The notes under the pieces are model-generated. The model saw nothing but the letters and a program-made list of their open reading frames with translations. It searched no databases and had not been told where the DNA came from. 64,000 nucleotides of DNA from Candidatus Sericytochromatia bacterium. Lineage in GTDB: Bacteria > Cyanobacteriota > Sericytochromatia > S15B-MN24 > JAQBPE01. A program made the position numbers and the translations under genes. The DNA lies in contig JBBAPZ010000007.1 of NCBI GenBank assembly GCA_040400605.1, positions 51,485-115,484 of the forward strand, read 5' to 3'. Shown piece after piece: positions 38,733 through 47,532 of this stretch. Every line of letters starts with the position of its first letter. Positions within the stretch are counted from its first letter, which is position 1.

Positions 38733-39320
38733 GTGAGGCGCGCGGCAGTTTTTCTGGATCGGGACGGCACGATCAATGTCGAAGCGGGGTACATTCGTGA
38801 CCTGCAAGACCTTTCATTGATGCCGGGTGCGGGGCAAGCGGTCAAGCGCCTGAATGATGCAGGGATTCCGGTGATCCTCGCAACCAATCAATCAGGGCCG
38901 GCCCGCGGTTATTATCCGGAATCGTGGATTCATACCCTCCATGACAGTCTTTCAGCACTTTTGCATCAGTGCGGCGCGCACTTGGATGCTGTGTACTATT
39001 GCCCCCATCTGCCCGACGGTACCGTTCCTGAATACAGTCTGGCGTGTCAATGTCGCAAGCCCGAGCCAGGCATGCTGAATGAAGCCGCGCAACGGCATGG
39101 GCTCAATCTAGCCGAGTCATACATGGTGGGAGACAAGTCGACGGATGTCGAAGTGGGCCAACGTGTTGGGTCGAAAACAATTTTGTTGCGCTCAGGCTAT
39201 GGTGAACGTGTGCTGAGCGGGGAGTATCAATGGAAGGTTACGCCCGATTTCGTCGCGCCGACGCTGGTAGAGGCGGTTGATTGGATCCTCGCCGACTTAG
39301 CCCTGAAATCGCTTGATTAA
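38733..39320 (+). CDS. gmhB: HAD-IIIA phosphatase, GmhB/HisB-like
   Basis: FLDRDGTIN, TNQSG, CPH...CQCRKP.PGM, MVGDK..D. Confidence 0.85.
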   Translation: MRRAAVFLDRDGTINVEAGYIRDLQDLSLMPGAGQAVKRLNDAGIPVILATNQSGPARGYYPESWIHTLHDSLSALLHQCGAHLDAVYYCPHLPDGTVPEYSLACQCRKPEPGMLNEAAQRHGLNLAESYMVGDKSTDVEVGQRVGSKTILLRSGYGERVLSGEYQWKVTPDFVAPTLVEAVDWILADLALKSLD

Positions 39321-39322
39321 TT

Positions 39323-40891
39323 GTGACTGGCAGAAGTATTTTTGGCATCGCTTCGCTCATCGCGGCGGTCACACTCTTGGCAAAGGGTGTCGGATTTGGA
39401 CGGGAACTCGTGGTGGCCGCCTTTTTTGGGGCAGGTCCCGTCAAAGATGCCTACACCCTGGCATACATCCTACCTGCATTCTCGTTGGTGATGCTAGGGG
39501 GATTAACGGGGCCCTTCCATACGACCACGCAAAAAATGATTGTGAACCTCAAACAGCAAGGTTATGCAGATGCGGCGATCAAAAGTCACGTTGCTTCCCT
39601 TCTGCTTGGCGTCACGGTGCTTTTAGGATTGTTCACCGGACTTTGTTTTGCCCTCGCACCCGGTCTGCTTGCCCTCATCGCGCCTGATGCAACCCCTGCG
39701 GTCGTGGACCTGGCCATCGCGCAGTTGCGCTGGATGAGTCCGCTCATCCTGCTTGGCGGTATCATCGGAGTCCTGTGCGGAATCAGTAACGAGCAAAATG
39801 ATTTCATGACACCGAGCCTCTCGCCATTGGTTGCAAGTGTCGCGGTCATATTGGTCACCCTGTTTTTGGCGCCAGACCCAATGGCACTGGCATGGGGCAC
39901 AAGCCTTGGTGCACTCGGACAACTCGCAATCCAACTGCCTGCAGCGCGGCGTTTTTTCAGCGGCACACGACCATCAATCACATTGTGGAATCCGCAAGTT
40001 CAACAAGCGTGGCAATTGCTTGGCCCTGCGGCGCTAGGTTCGACGATTGGCACCCTGCACGTCATTGTTGGCACGCGTTTCGCCGCGAGCCTCAACGCCG
40101 GTTCAATCAGCGTGTTTGATTACGCCAACAAACTGATCCAGTTGCCACTTGGGATCCTCATGACGGCATTGCTGATCCCTTTGTTTCCCAAATTGGCAGC
40201 CGCGGCATCGGCGCACGATCATGCGGATTTGTCGCGCTGGTTGCAACGGGGCATCGCTACCATCCTTGTTTTGACGATCCCGCTTGTCGCGTTGTTGGTT
40301 GCAGCCAGTCCATCCATTGTGCACTGCATTTTTGAACGTGGTGCATTTGACCACACAGCGACTGAACAGACAGCGTGGATCCTGACCATCTGTGCATGTG
40401 GAATTGTGCCTTATGCACTGCGAGACTTGCTGGTTCGAGCCTTTTACGCATTGAATGACGGGAGTGTGCCCCTTTGGACCAGCGCCGCATCCATACCCGT
40501 TGCCGTTGGTTTGATGGCGGTCGCAACCCCAGTTTGGGGATTGTCTGGACTCGCGGTGGCGACGGTCAGCGTCACGGGGCTCAACGCATTGATCCTGACA
40601 ATCCTGTTAAAACGAAAAATCCGCGGTTGGACAAGAAAGCCGGCCCTGACAACCCTTTTGAAAGCTGGTGCGGCCGGGTTGGTTGCCACGGTGAGCGCCT
40701 ATGGGATACAGCACCAACTGCTTCCGCCAGCCGATACATTCTGGAAGCACCTGTTGCAGGTTGGTGTTTGCGGTTTTGCGATCGCCACCATCTATCCCGG
40801 CTTGCTCTGGGTGCTAAAAGTCTCGGTAACAACAGATCTCGTGCCGTCGGGTCGACTCAAGCACTTCTTGAAGCGCACCACACAGAATTAG
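39323..40891 (+). CDS. murJ: Lipid II flippase MurJ (MviN)
   Basis: GFGRELVVAAFFGAG..DAY..A..LP, YANKLIQLPLG, FERGAF, RAFYA. Confidence 0.93.
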   Translation: MTGRSIFGIASLIAAVTLLAKGVGFGRELVVAAFFGAGPVKDAYTLAYILPAFSLVMLGGLTGPFHTTTQKMIVNLKQQGYADAAIKSHVASLLLGVTVLLGLFTGLCFALAPGLLALIAPDATPAVVDLAIAQLRWMSPLILLGGIIGVLCGISNEQNDFMTPSLSPLVASVAVILVTLFLAPDPMALAWGTSLGALGQLAIQLPAARRFFSGTRPSITLWNPQVQQAWQLLGPAALGSTIGTLHVIVGTRFAASLNAGSISVFDYANKLIQLPLGILMTALLIPLFPKLAAAASAHDHADLSRWLQRGIATILVLTIPLVALLVAASPSIVHCIFERGAFDHTATEQTAWILTICACGIVPYALRDLLVRAFYALNDGSVPLWTSAASIPVAVGLMAVATPVWGLSGLAVATVSVTGLNALILTILLKRKIRGWTRKPALTTLLKAGAAGLVATVSAYGIQHQLLPPADTFWKHLLQVGVCGFAIATIYPGLLWVLKVSVTTDLVPSGRLKHFLKRTTQN

Positions 40892-41215
40892 AGCGTGTCC
40901 TGACGCATCAATCAGGCGATTCCCCGGAAGTCCGCGGGCCTGACGCCAAAAGACGTCGTCGTCCCGCTCAAGAACTACAGGGGAGCCCACTCTTGGCGTC
41001 AGGACACAGTGGCGTCACAGCCCGCCCGGACTCACTGCCTGATTGATAGAGCACCGCACAATCGAGGGGCTCAAGCCCCATTGCACCATCGTTGTAAGGG
41101 CTTTTAGACGTTATCTCGATGCACTGAAAAAGACGTGACGGAGAAGGCAACCTATGCCATTTTGGATGAGACTGCGGTACAATGAGCTTATTCGTTCAGC
41201 CTTCAGAAGTGAGGA

Positions 41216-42079
41216 ATGCGGGTGTCCACAGGCATTTTACTTGAAGGCAACCTGGCCTCGGTCAGTCTGCCAAATCTGCTTCAACTCATTACGCTCGAAC
41301 AAAAAACGGCGGTTCTGACATTGAACCGAGTCGAAATCGGTCAAGATGCGGAAATTTATTTTCGTCGAGGAGAGGCGGTTGCCGCCTTTGTCAATCAGGT
41401 TGATGGAAACCTGGCGATGTGTCGCATACTCGGGTGGTGGACAGCTGGTACCTTCAAATTGATTCAGATTGGTCCGGACGAAATCCCTGAACCCAATATT
41501 ACCGCCCGCCTGGACTATCTCTTGCTTGAAGGGATGCGACAAATAGATGCCACAGCGGAGTTAAGAAATCTGCTACCTCAGATCACCAGTTCAGTAAGTT
41601 TCACGCAAGCCGCTTTGCAAGCTTTCTCGTGGGACATCAGCGAGCCGGCGGAGTGGATACCCCATGATTTGCGAGAGTTGCCAAAATCGTTTTCTGTCGC
41701 TCAACTGCATCAATTTAGCCGTCGTGACGAACTGTCACAAGCGCGTTTGATGCGTATGTTGCTTGCGACACAAGCGTTGCGGCTGAACACCGGTCTGAAC
41801 ACTGAAACATACGATGGCTTGGTTGAAACCGGCATGGATGGTTCGCGCTACGAAGCCTTTGCTCATGTGCTGATGGAGTTTATCGGTTACGAGCATGCGT
41901 ATCGACACCTCGACAATGCCATCACCGATATGGGTGCCGTAGACCTGGAAGCGTTCACGTTTACCCAACTCCTGGACTTATGCGATCGGATCACCGGCAA
42001 TCTTCGATCGCTGCTCGATCGCAAACAACAGCTCGAGATCTCGCGGAGACTGCGTGCACGTGCCACCAGTCTCCTTTAA
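41216..42079 (+). CDS. DUF4388 (PATAN-like) domain protein
   Basis: LEGNLASVSLPNLLQLI..EQKT..L, IYFRRG, W.AGTF, LLLEGMRQID. Confidence 0.85.
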   Translation: MRVSTGILLEGNLASVSLPNLLQLITLEQKTAVLTLNRVEIGQDAEIYFRRGEAVAAFVNQVDGNLAMCRILGWWTAGTFKLIQIGPDEIPEPNITARLDYLLLEGMRQIDATAELRNLLPQITSSVSFTQAALQAFSWDISEPAEWIPHDLRELPKSFSVAQLHQFSRRDELSQARLMRMLLATQALRLNTGLNTETYDGLVETGMDGSRYEAFAHVLMEFIGYEHAYRHLDNAITDMGAVDLEAFTFTQLLDLCDRITGNLRSLLDRKQQLEISRRLRARATSLL

Positions 42080-42181
42080 GTTCAAAGGAACCCACATCCG
42101 TGTCGGGCACGGTGAACCACTGTGGAACCAAACATTCTAACAGTCAGTTGTCTTTGGTTTGAGACAGAAAGGACGTCATCC

Positions 42182-42379
42182 ATGGCAGTGGTTGTGATCG
42201 GGGCCTGCATGCACTGTCAGGCCGTGGTAAAAGCAGACGACAAGCGCGACGCGGCAACGCTTCCGATTCTTCAGCGCGCCCAGAAATTGGGGAAGCTCAC
42301 GTGTAAAACCTGCGCAGCCGCCAACATCACAGCCATTGATCGCGACAACCCGCCGGATCTGTCGACCCGCCACTCCTGA
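42182..42379 (+). CDS. Small hypothetical Zn-binding protein (65 aa)
   Basis: CMHC...CKTC; GAAAGGA RBS. Confidence 0.65.
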   Translation: MAVVVIGACMHCQAVVKADDKRDAATLPILQRAQKLGKLTCKTCAAANITAIDRDNPPDLSTRHS

Positions 42380-42819
42380 AACCTGCCGCATCCGGCCTGT
42401 TGCCACGCTGTGCACTGCCGATGCCTTGTCGCGATGCGTGAAATAGCATCCACTGATGGTTGCTTACGCCATTTTGCAAGCGGATGCAACCAAGCGACAC
42501 GCACCATGTTTCAGCAGCAACCAATACGGACTTAAGACGCAATATTGGGTGTTTCGACACGCACAGTGTGCTCGACTTACGCCATATTGTAAACGAATTG
42601 AACCAAGCACCATGGAGCATATCCCGAAAGGCAAACAGCGAAGACGTAATGAGATAACGCCGCTTTCGATACGCAGTTTGCGCTTGCTGCTTCACTCTTG
42701 CACCATACTTTAAGCCGCGATTTATGGCAATCTTAACACTGTGATAAGCAAGTTTTTGTATGCGTGATGCGATAGACTCGGTAGCGCAAGCGAGCCATCA
42801 GAGGAAAAGGGGTGTTTGG

Positions 42820-44211
42820 ATGAAAGTCCTTGTGGATTATGTCGGAATCGCGAAAAGTTTGGCGCTTGGGCTGGCCGTACTCACGGTAGCCAGTTGTGGA
42901 CGGAATGCGACGATGCAGGCATTGCCGGCGGGCGATCAGGGGGCATTCTTGCAACCTGGTTCATTCGGAATTCGGGTACCGACCGGTTCGGTGACGGGTC
43001 GTGTCGTTGATGAACGCACCCAAATGGGAATTCCGGATGTCGTGATCGAAGTTCAGAATGTGACCCCTCCTGTATCTGTCCGCAGTGATTCATCCGGTAA
43101 CTTCGTTTTACAAAACGTGCCGCAAGGCGATCAGGTCTTGGTGTTTTCGAAGCCAGACTACGTATACATCGCGACTCAGGGCAGCGTGATTGCCAAGGTG
43201 TTGCCCTCGCAAACCATCAGTTTGCCGCAGGTCAGTTTGGCACCAGCCATTGCAGCAGCCTCCAATGCGTTTCTAACGGCCATTGGAGGACTGACGGAAC
43301 CCTACGGGGTAGCAGTCGACAACAATCGTAACGTTTTGTATGCCATTGATCGGATTGGCTGGGGCGGTGTCCTGGATCGCCGATGTGAGGTTAAAAAATT
43401 CAATTTATCCGGTGGGTTTGTCACACGCTTCGGTGGTCAACGTCTGTCAATTTCGCGAGGCAATCTGTCAGGGGATCCCTTTAACCTTTTTACCTATCTG
43501 AGTTGGTCATATGGTCTTGATATCGATGCGGGGGGCAATGTCTACGTATCTGAGGCCAATCGTGATCGTGTCGTCAAGTTTAGTGGAGACGGGACCTACA
43601 TCACCAGTTTTGGGGAAAATTTGAAGAACAACTTTGATGTGGCCGTTTTGAACTCAGGCCAGATTGCAGTGAGTTCAGCCGGAAACAGTAAGATTTCGTT
43701 GTTTGATGTCAATCTCGTATCCGCAGCGCGAGATTTTGCCGGAACGGTTGATTCCTCTGGAGTGAATGGTGGATTGCGTGGCTTGGCAGTTGATTCCGCA
43801 AACTTCATTTATGCACTTGATAATTCAGCCGGAACTGGTCAAGCTGTGAAGAAATTTGACGCCAAAGGTAGTAAGCCTGTAGTGGCCTTCGGTACCAATG
43901 CAGGGTCGGGCCCCAGCCAATTCCGGGGCGCAACCGACCTGACTGTTGATAACCGCAATGGTGATATCTACGTCGTTGATAGCGGCAACAACCGGGTACA
44001 ACGTTTTGATCGGGATGGTCGGTTCATTTCCGAGTTTGGAAGCGCAGGGCGTGGGAATGGTCAATTCGATCGCCCATATGGGATTGCCATTGACAAAGAT
44101 GGCTACCTATACGTTTCCGATACTGGCAACAAGCGCATTCAAAAGTTTGCACCCGGTCGCCTGTTCAACAGTTCTCAATCTAACCCGGCAGTTTTTTATC
44201 CAACCAAGTAA
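42820..44211 (+). CDS. Lipoprotein with carboxypeptidase-regulatory-like domain and NHL beta-propeller
   Basis: VASC lipobox; VTGRVVDE..GIPDV; NHL repeats such as PYGIAID..G.LYVSDTGNKRIQKF. Confidence 0.88.
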   Translation: MKVLVDYVGIAKSLALGLAVLTVASCGRNATMQALPAGDQGAFLQPGSFGIRVPTGSVTGRVVDERTQMGIPDVVIEVQNVTPPVSVRSDSSGNFVLQNVPQGDQVLVFSKPDYVYIATQGSVIAKVLPSQTISLPQVSLAPAIAAASNAFLTAIGGLTEPYGVAVDNNRNVLYAIDRIGWGGVLDRRCEVKKFNLSGGFVTRFGGQRLSISRGNLSGDPFNLFTYLSWSYGLDIDAGGNVYVSEANRDRVVKFSGDGTYITSFGENLKNNFDVAVLNSGQIAVSSAGNSKISLFDVNLVSAARDFAGTVDSSGVNGGLRGLAVDSANFIYALDNSAGTGQAVKKFDAKGSKPVVAFGTNAGSGPSQFRGATDLTVDNRNGDIYVVDSGNNRVQRFDRDGRFISEFGSAGRGNGQFDRPYGIAIDKDGYLYVSDTGNKRIQKFAPGRLFNSSQSNPAVFYPTK

Positions 44212-44436
44212 CACAAAAACGATACGCGATCATCGCGGTGATTCATCAGGCATCATCGCGTTGTCGGTTAACTCTGGCGTATGTCGTGTTTTTCATTCAG
44301 AATAACTGCCACGTTTCAATGCGTAAGCGTGCAATCAGACATTAAACAACCAGTCAGACGCACCCATCAACCATTGGTTGATTTGGCATGTTGATGTGTT
44401 GCAAGGGTCTACGCCGACAGTGAGGGTACCTTGGTC

Positions 44437-45303
44437 ATGAAACGTGAGATTCGTTGTGGTTTGATTCAAGCGCGCTCAGACGTATCCGTCGAACAGCCGA
44501 TCGAGGCGATCAAAAAGCACATGTTAGCAAAGCACGTGGGCTTTATCGAGGAAGCTGCCGTGCGAGGGGTCAAAATACTCTGCCTGCAAGAGATTTTCAC
44601 AGGCCCCTATTTCTGTGCAGAACAGAATCCTCGTTGGTACGACAGTGCAGAACCGATCACTGGACCTACTGTGACACTCATGAGAGAAATGGCCGCACGG
44701 CTGAAAATGGTGTTGATCGTTCCGTATTATGAGTGTGATCAAGTGGGCGTCTATTACAACACAGCGGCGGTTATCGATGCCGATGGAACCTTGTTGGGTC
44801 AATACCGCAAGTCGCACATCCCACAAGTTCAACCTGGATTTTGGGAAAAGTTTTACTTTACGCCAGGGAATCTTGGGTATCCTGTTTTTAAAACACGTTA
44901 TGCCGATATTGGCGTTTACATCTGTTATGACCGACATTTTCCAGAGGGGGCGCGCATACTGGGACTAAATGGCGCGGAGATTGTTTTCAATCCTTCCGCA
45001 ACCGTGGCAGGTTTGTCGGAATATCTGTGGAAACTGGAGCAGCCAGCATCAGCCGTTGCGAACGGGTATTTCGTGGGCGCGGTGAATCGGGTGGGCATTG
45101 AGTCACCTTGGCGTATCGGTGAGTTTTACGGTCAGAGTTACTTTGTGGATCCGCGTGGACAGTTTGTTGCCATGGCATCACGCGATCAAGAAGAGTTGGT
45201 CGTGGCAGACCTCGATCTAAATCTGATCCGCGAAACACGACACGTGTGGCAGTTTTTTCGTGATCGGCGCCCCGAAACCTATCATCCCCTGACAACCCTG
45301 TAG
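44437..45303 (+). CDS. Nitrilase-superfamily N-carbamoyl amidohydrolase (beta-ureidopropionase-like)
   Basis: E-K-C triad in LQEIF, YRKSHIP and ICYDRHFPE; GFWEKFYF; FFRDRRPETY. Confidence 0.9.
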   Translation: MKREIRCGLIQARSDVSVEQPIEAIKKHMLAKHVGFIEEAAVRGVKILCLQEIFTGPYFCAEQNPRWYDSAEPITGPTVTLMREMAARLKMVLIVPYYECDQVGVYYNTAAVIDADGTLLGQYRKSHIPQVQPGFWEKFYFTPGNLGYPVFKTRYADIGVYICYDRHFPEGARILGLNGAEIVFNPSATVAGLSEYLWKLEQPASAVANGYFVGAVNRVGIESPWRIGEFYGQSYFVDPRGQFVAMASRDQEELVVADLDLNLIRETRHVWQFFRDRRPETYHPLTTL

Positions 45304-45500
45304 CGCCCCGAACAAAATCAAGCTGAACCTCACACCACGCGTTGTTTCTGAGCAGGGTATGCGCCACGCATCAACAGCCCGCGTCCGCCACGTAATGCGA
45401 ACAGAGCAGGCTAGGCTATCCAAAACCAGCCAACAATCTGACATTCAATCGACGCGAGTCGATGTGGCTTGAAAGCACGAGGGTATGACAATCTGTTGCG

Positions 45501-46010
45501 TCAGGCTTTGTTTTTCGGACGCCTCGGAGGACGTGGAACGAAATTTGCGGCAACAGGCTCGTACGTGCGCAGGAAAAAAGACCGTTTAAAAAGGCTCTGT
45601 ACGGCTTCCATCTGATACACCGGTGGAAGCCTGTAGACACAACAGATTGGTAGCGAACCAACCACCACGCCTGTTGTCACGCCCAAAATCAGACCGAGTG
45701 CCCGATTGAATGTGCCCAGCTTGGCTTTTTCCAAAAGGCCGGTGGCAACAAAACCAGCGATTTGCACGACCGCGAAGAAGAAGAAAAAAGCAACGATGCG
45801 ATTGACAACCCCATAAAAGGTGTCCGCCGGCTTGAGTGCATAAGCCAGCATAAACGATAAGACCGTTGGCATCGCCGCAGACATATGCCACGCGATAAAA
45901 ATGGCGAACATGCTGACGACACTGCGAATGAAGCCTGCCATAAACCCCTTGATGGCGAAACCAACCAACAAGCAGAGCATCAGCGTGTCAACAAAAAGTG
46001 GAGAAACCAA
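45501..46010 (-). CDS. cvpA: CvpA (colicin V production) family membrane protein
   Basis: D..L....GF..GFIR, NRALGLILG. Confidence 0.8.
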   Translation of the reverse strand: MVSPLFVDTLMLCLLVGFAIKGFMAGFIRSVVSMFAIFIAWHMSAAMPTVLSFMLAYALKPADTFYGVVNRIVAFFFFFAVVQIAGFVATGLLEKAKLGTFNRALGLILGVTTGVVVGSLPICCVYRLPPVYQMEAVQSLFKRSFFLRTYEPVAANFVPRPPRRPKNKA

Positions 46011-46176
46011 TTCGACATCCTTCCAGAATAAGGGTCACGCCCATCGTGGACAGCCATCCCCCTGATTTGTATGATACCAGTGGAAAGGCTTACCTGCCAT
46101 CCAGCAAGCGCTCCACAAGCTGCGTATGCTCCGTCCTTTCCATACCCTCTGTCTTGTCAGAAGGAGGCATCACACC

Positions 46177-46989
46177 ATGGTTGCGGCGCCCGTGTCGGTC
46201 GTTGGACAAACCCGCAATCTGCTGCGGAAATGGCCCCAACTCTGGATTCCTCCCTTGCTCGTCTACTTTGTCCAGAGCCTCGGCGCAGCCGCATATTCGA
46301 ACGTTGGTATCAAACTGCTCGGTGCCATTTGCGCGACCGCTGCCTGTGCGTTGCTCAATCTTGGATGGGTCGCTTTGTTGCTTGACACATTGCGTGGAAA
46401 CCCGCCCCAATTCAAAACCGTGCCGGAGATTGTCAACCAACGCTGGACCGGTGCTCTGGCAGGGCACTTCGCCTACTATTTGCTGTCAGGCGGACTCATC
46501 TTGCTGCTCGGGCTTTACGGCCATTCGCAATGGGGCACGGACGCGCTCAAAACGTGGTTCGAATCCTGGCGCCAACTACCCCCGACCGAGCTCAGCCGTG
46601 CGATCGCTCCTGACAAAATACCACCCGACGTCGCTAACTGGCTGTCCTTGCTGGGATACTGGCTATGTATCACCGCGGGTCTGACGATTCTGTTGAGCGC
46701 CTGGTTACCCTTGATGCTGATCGAGCAAACCAATTGGCTGCGCGCGTATGTGAACAGCGTGCGCCTGACCCTTCGCCACTTTTTCGCCTTCGCTTTGCTA
46801 GCAGCGTTGCACGTCCTTGCCGTTGGGCTAAGCCTTCGATTGCTAGGTTTGGCCAACGCCTTCGCCACCCTGGCAGGTTTGGCATTTTATTTATATGCGA
46901 ACACGCTTTTCCAGGCAAGTTATGTACTCTTGACTTTTCAACTTAGACAAGCATCCTCACCGGACACTGCTGAGGAATCGTCAAAGTAG
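46177..46989 (+). CDS. Hypothetical multi-pass membrane protein
   Basis: AGGAGG RBS; about 6 hydrophobic segments. Confidence 0.75.
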   Translation: MVAAPVSVVGQTRNLLRKWPQLWIPPLLVYFVQSLGAAAYSNVGIKLLGAICATAACALLNLGWVALLLDTLRGNPPQFKTVPEIVNQRWTGALAGHFAYYLLSGGLILLLGLYGHSQWGTDALKTWFESWRQLPPTELSRAIAPDKIPPDVANWLSLLGYWLCITAGLTILLSAWLPLMLIEQTNWLRAYVNSVRLTLRHFFAFALLAALHVLAVGLSLRLLGLANAFATLAGLAFYLYANTLFQASYVLLTFQLRQASSPDTAEESSK

Positions 46990-47532
46990 TCAACAGAGAC
47001 GCATTGTTTGCCGTTCTAAAGTGTGTAGCAAATACAAAAGTATCAGGAACACACCTGCTGACAGACAATACCAGCGACTAATCCGTTTAACGCTCAATGC
47101 GCTTCCGGATAGTGCCTCCAGCAATTGAGCGGCACCGTGTGTGCCGGGGCGAAAGCCGGCAACGACAAGGGGGCAGATACCGTGCGAGACACGGTTCCAA
47201 CAGCAAGGATCTCACCGTTGTCGATCACAATGTCTCAATCAGCATGAATGGCCCTTCGCCTGCCCGACACCAACGACCGTGCACGCTGCATGAACCAGGC
47301 GTCAGAACGTACAGAACCTGAACCAGACACAAAATTGTATCTGCACCAAAGGGCTGCACGACTGCAGTTGGTTTGATTCGAAACAGCGGTGGTTAATGCT
47401 TCCGCACTCATACTTAACGCGAAAATTTAATCTATGGATTCGCTTAAATTAGGCATTGCTTAACGTAAATGAAACAAGCTCCCGTTAATTACCGCGCATA
47501 AATGTCATGCTTGTTTCATACTGATAAAGGGG

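Noticed and set aside
40474..41046. 190-aa + strand ORF across the murJ end
   Set aside because: Out-of-frame overlap with murJ and no recognisable protein features
46556..46574. GGTTCGAATCCTGGCGCCA, resembling a tRNA T-arm or 3' end
   Set aside because: Lies inside a CDS; no cloverleaf upstream and no integrase nearby
47176..47198. ACCGTG..CACGGTTC as group II intron domain V
   Set aside because: Too short, lacks the AGC triad and bulge geometry, and there is no RT gene
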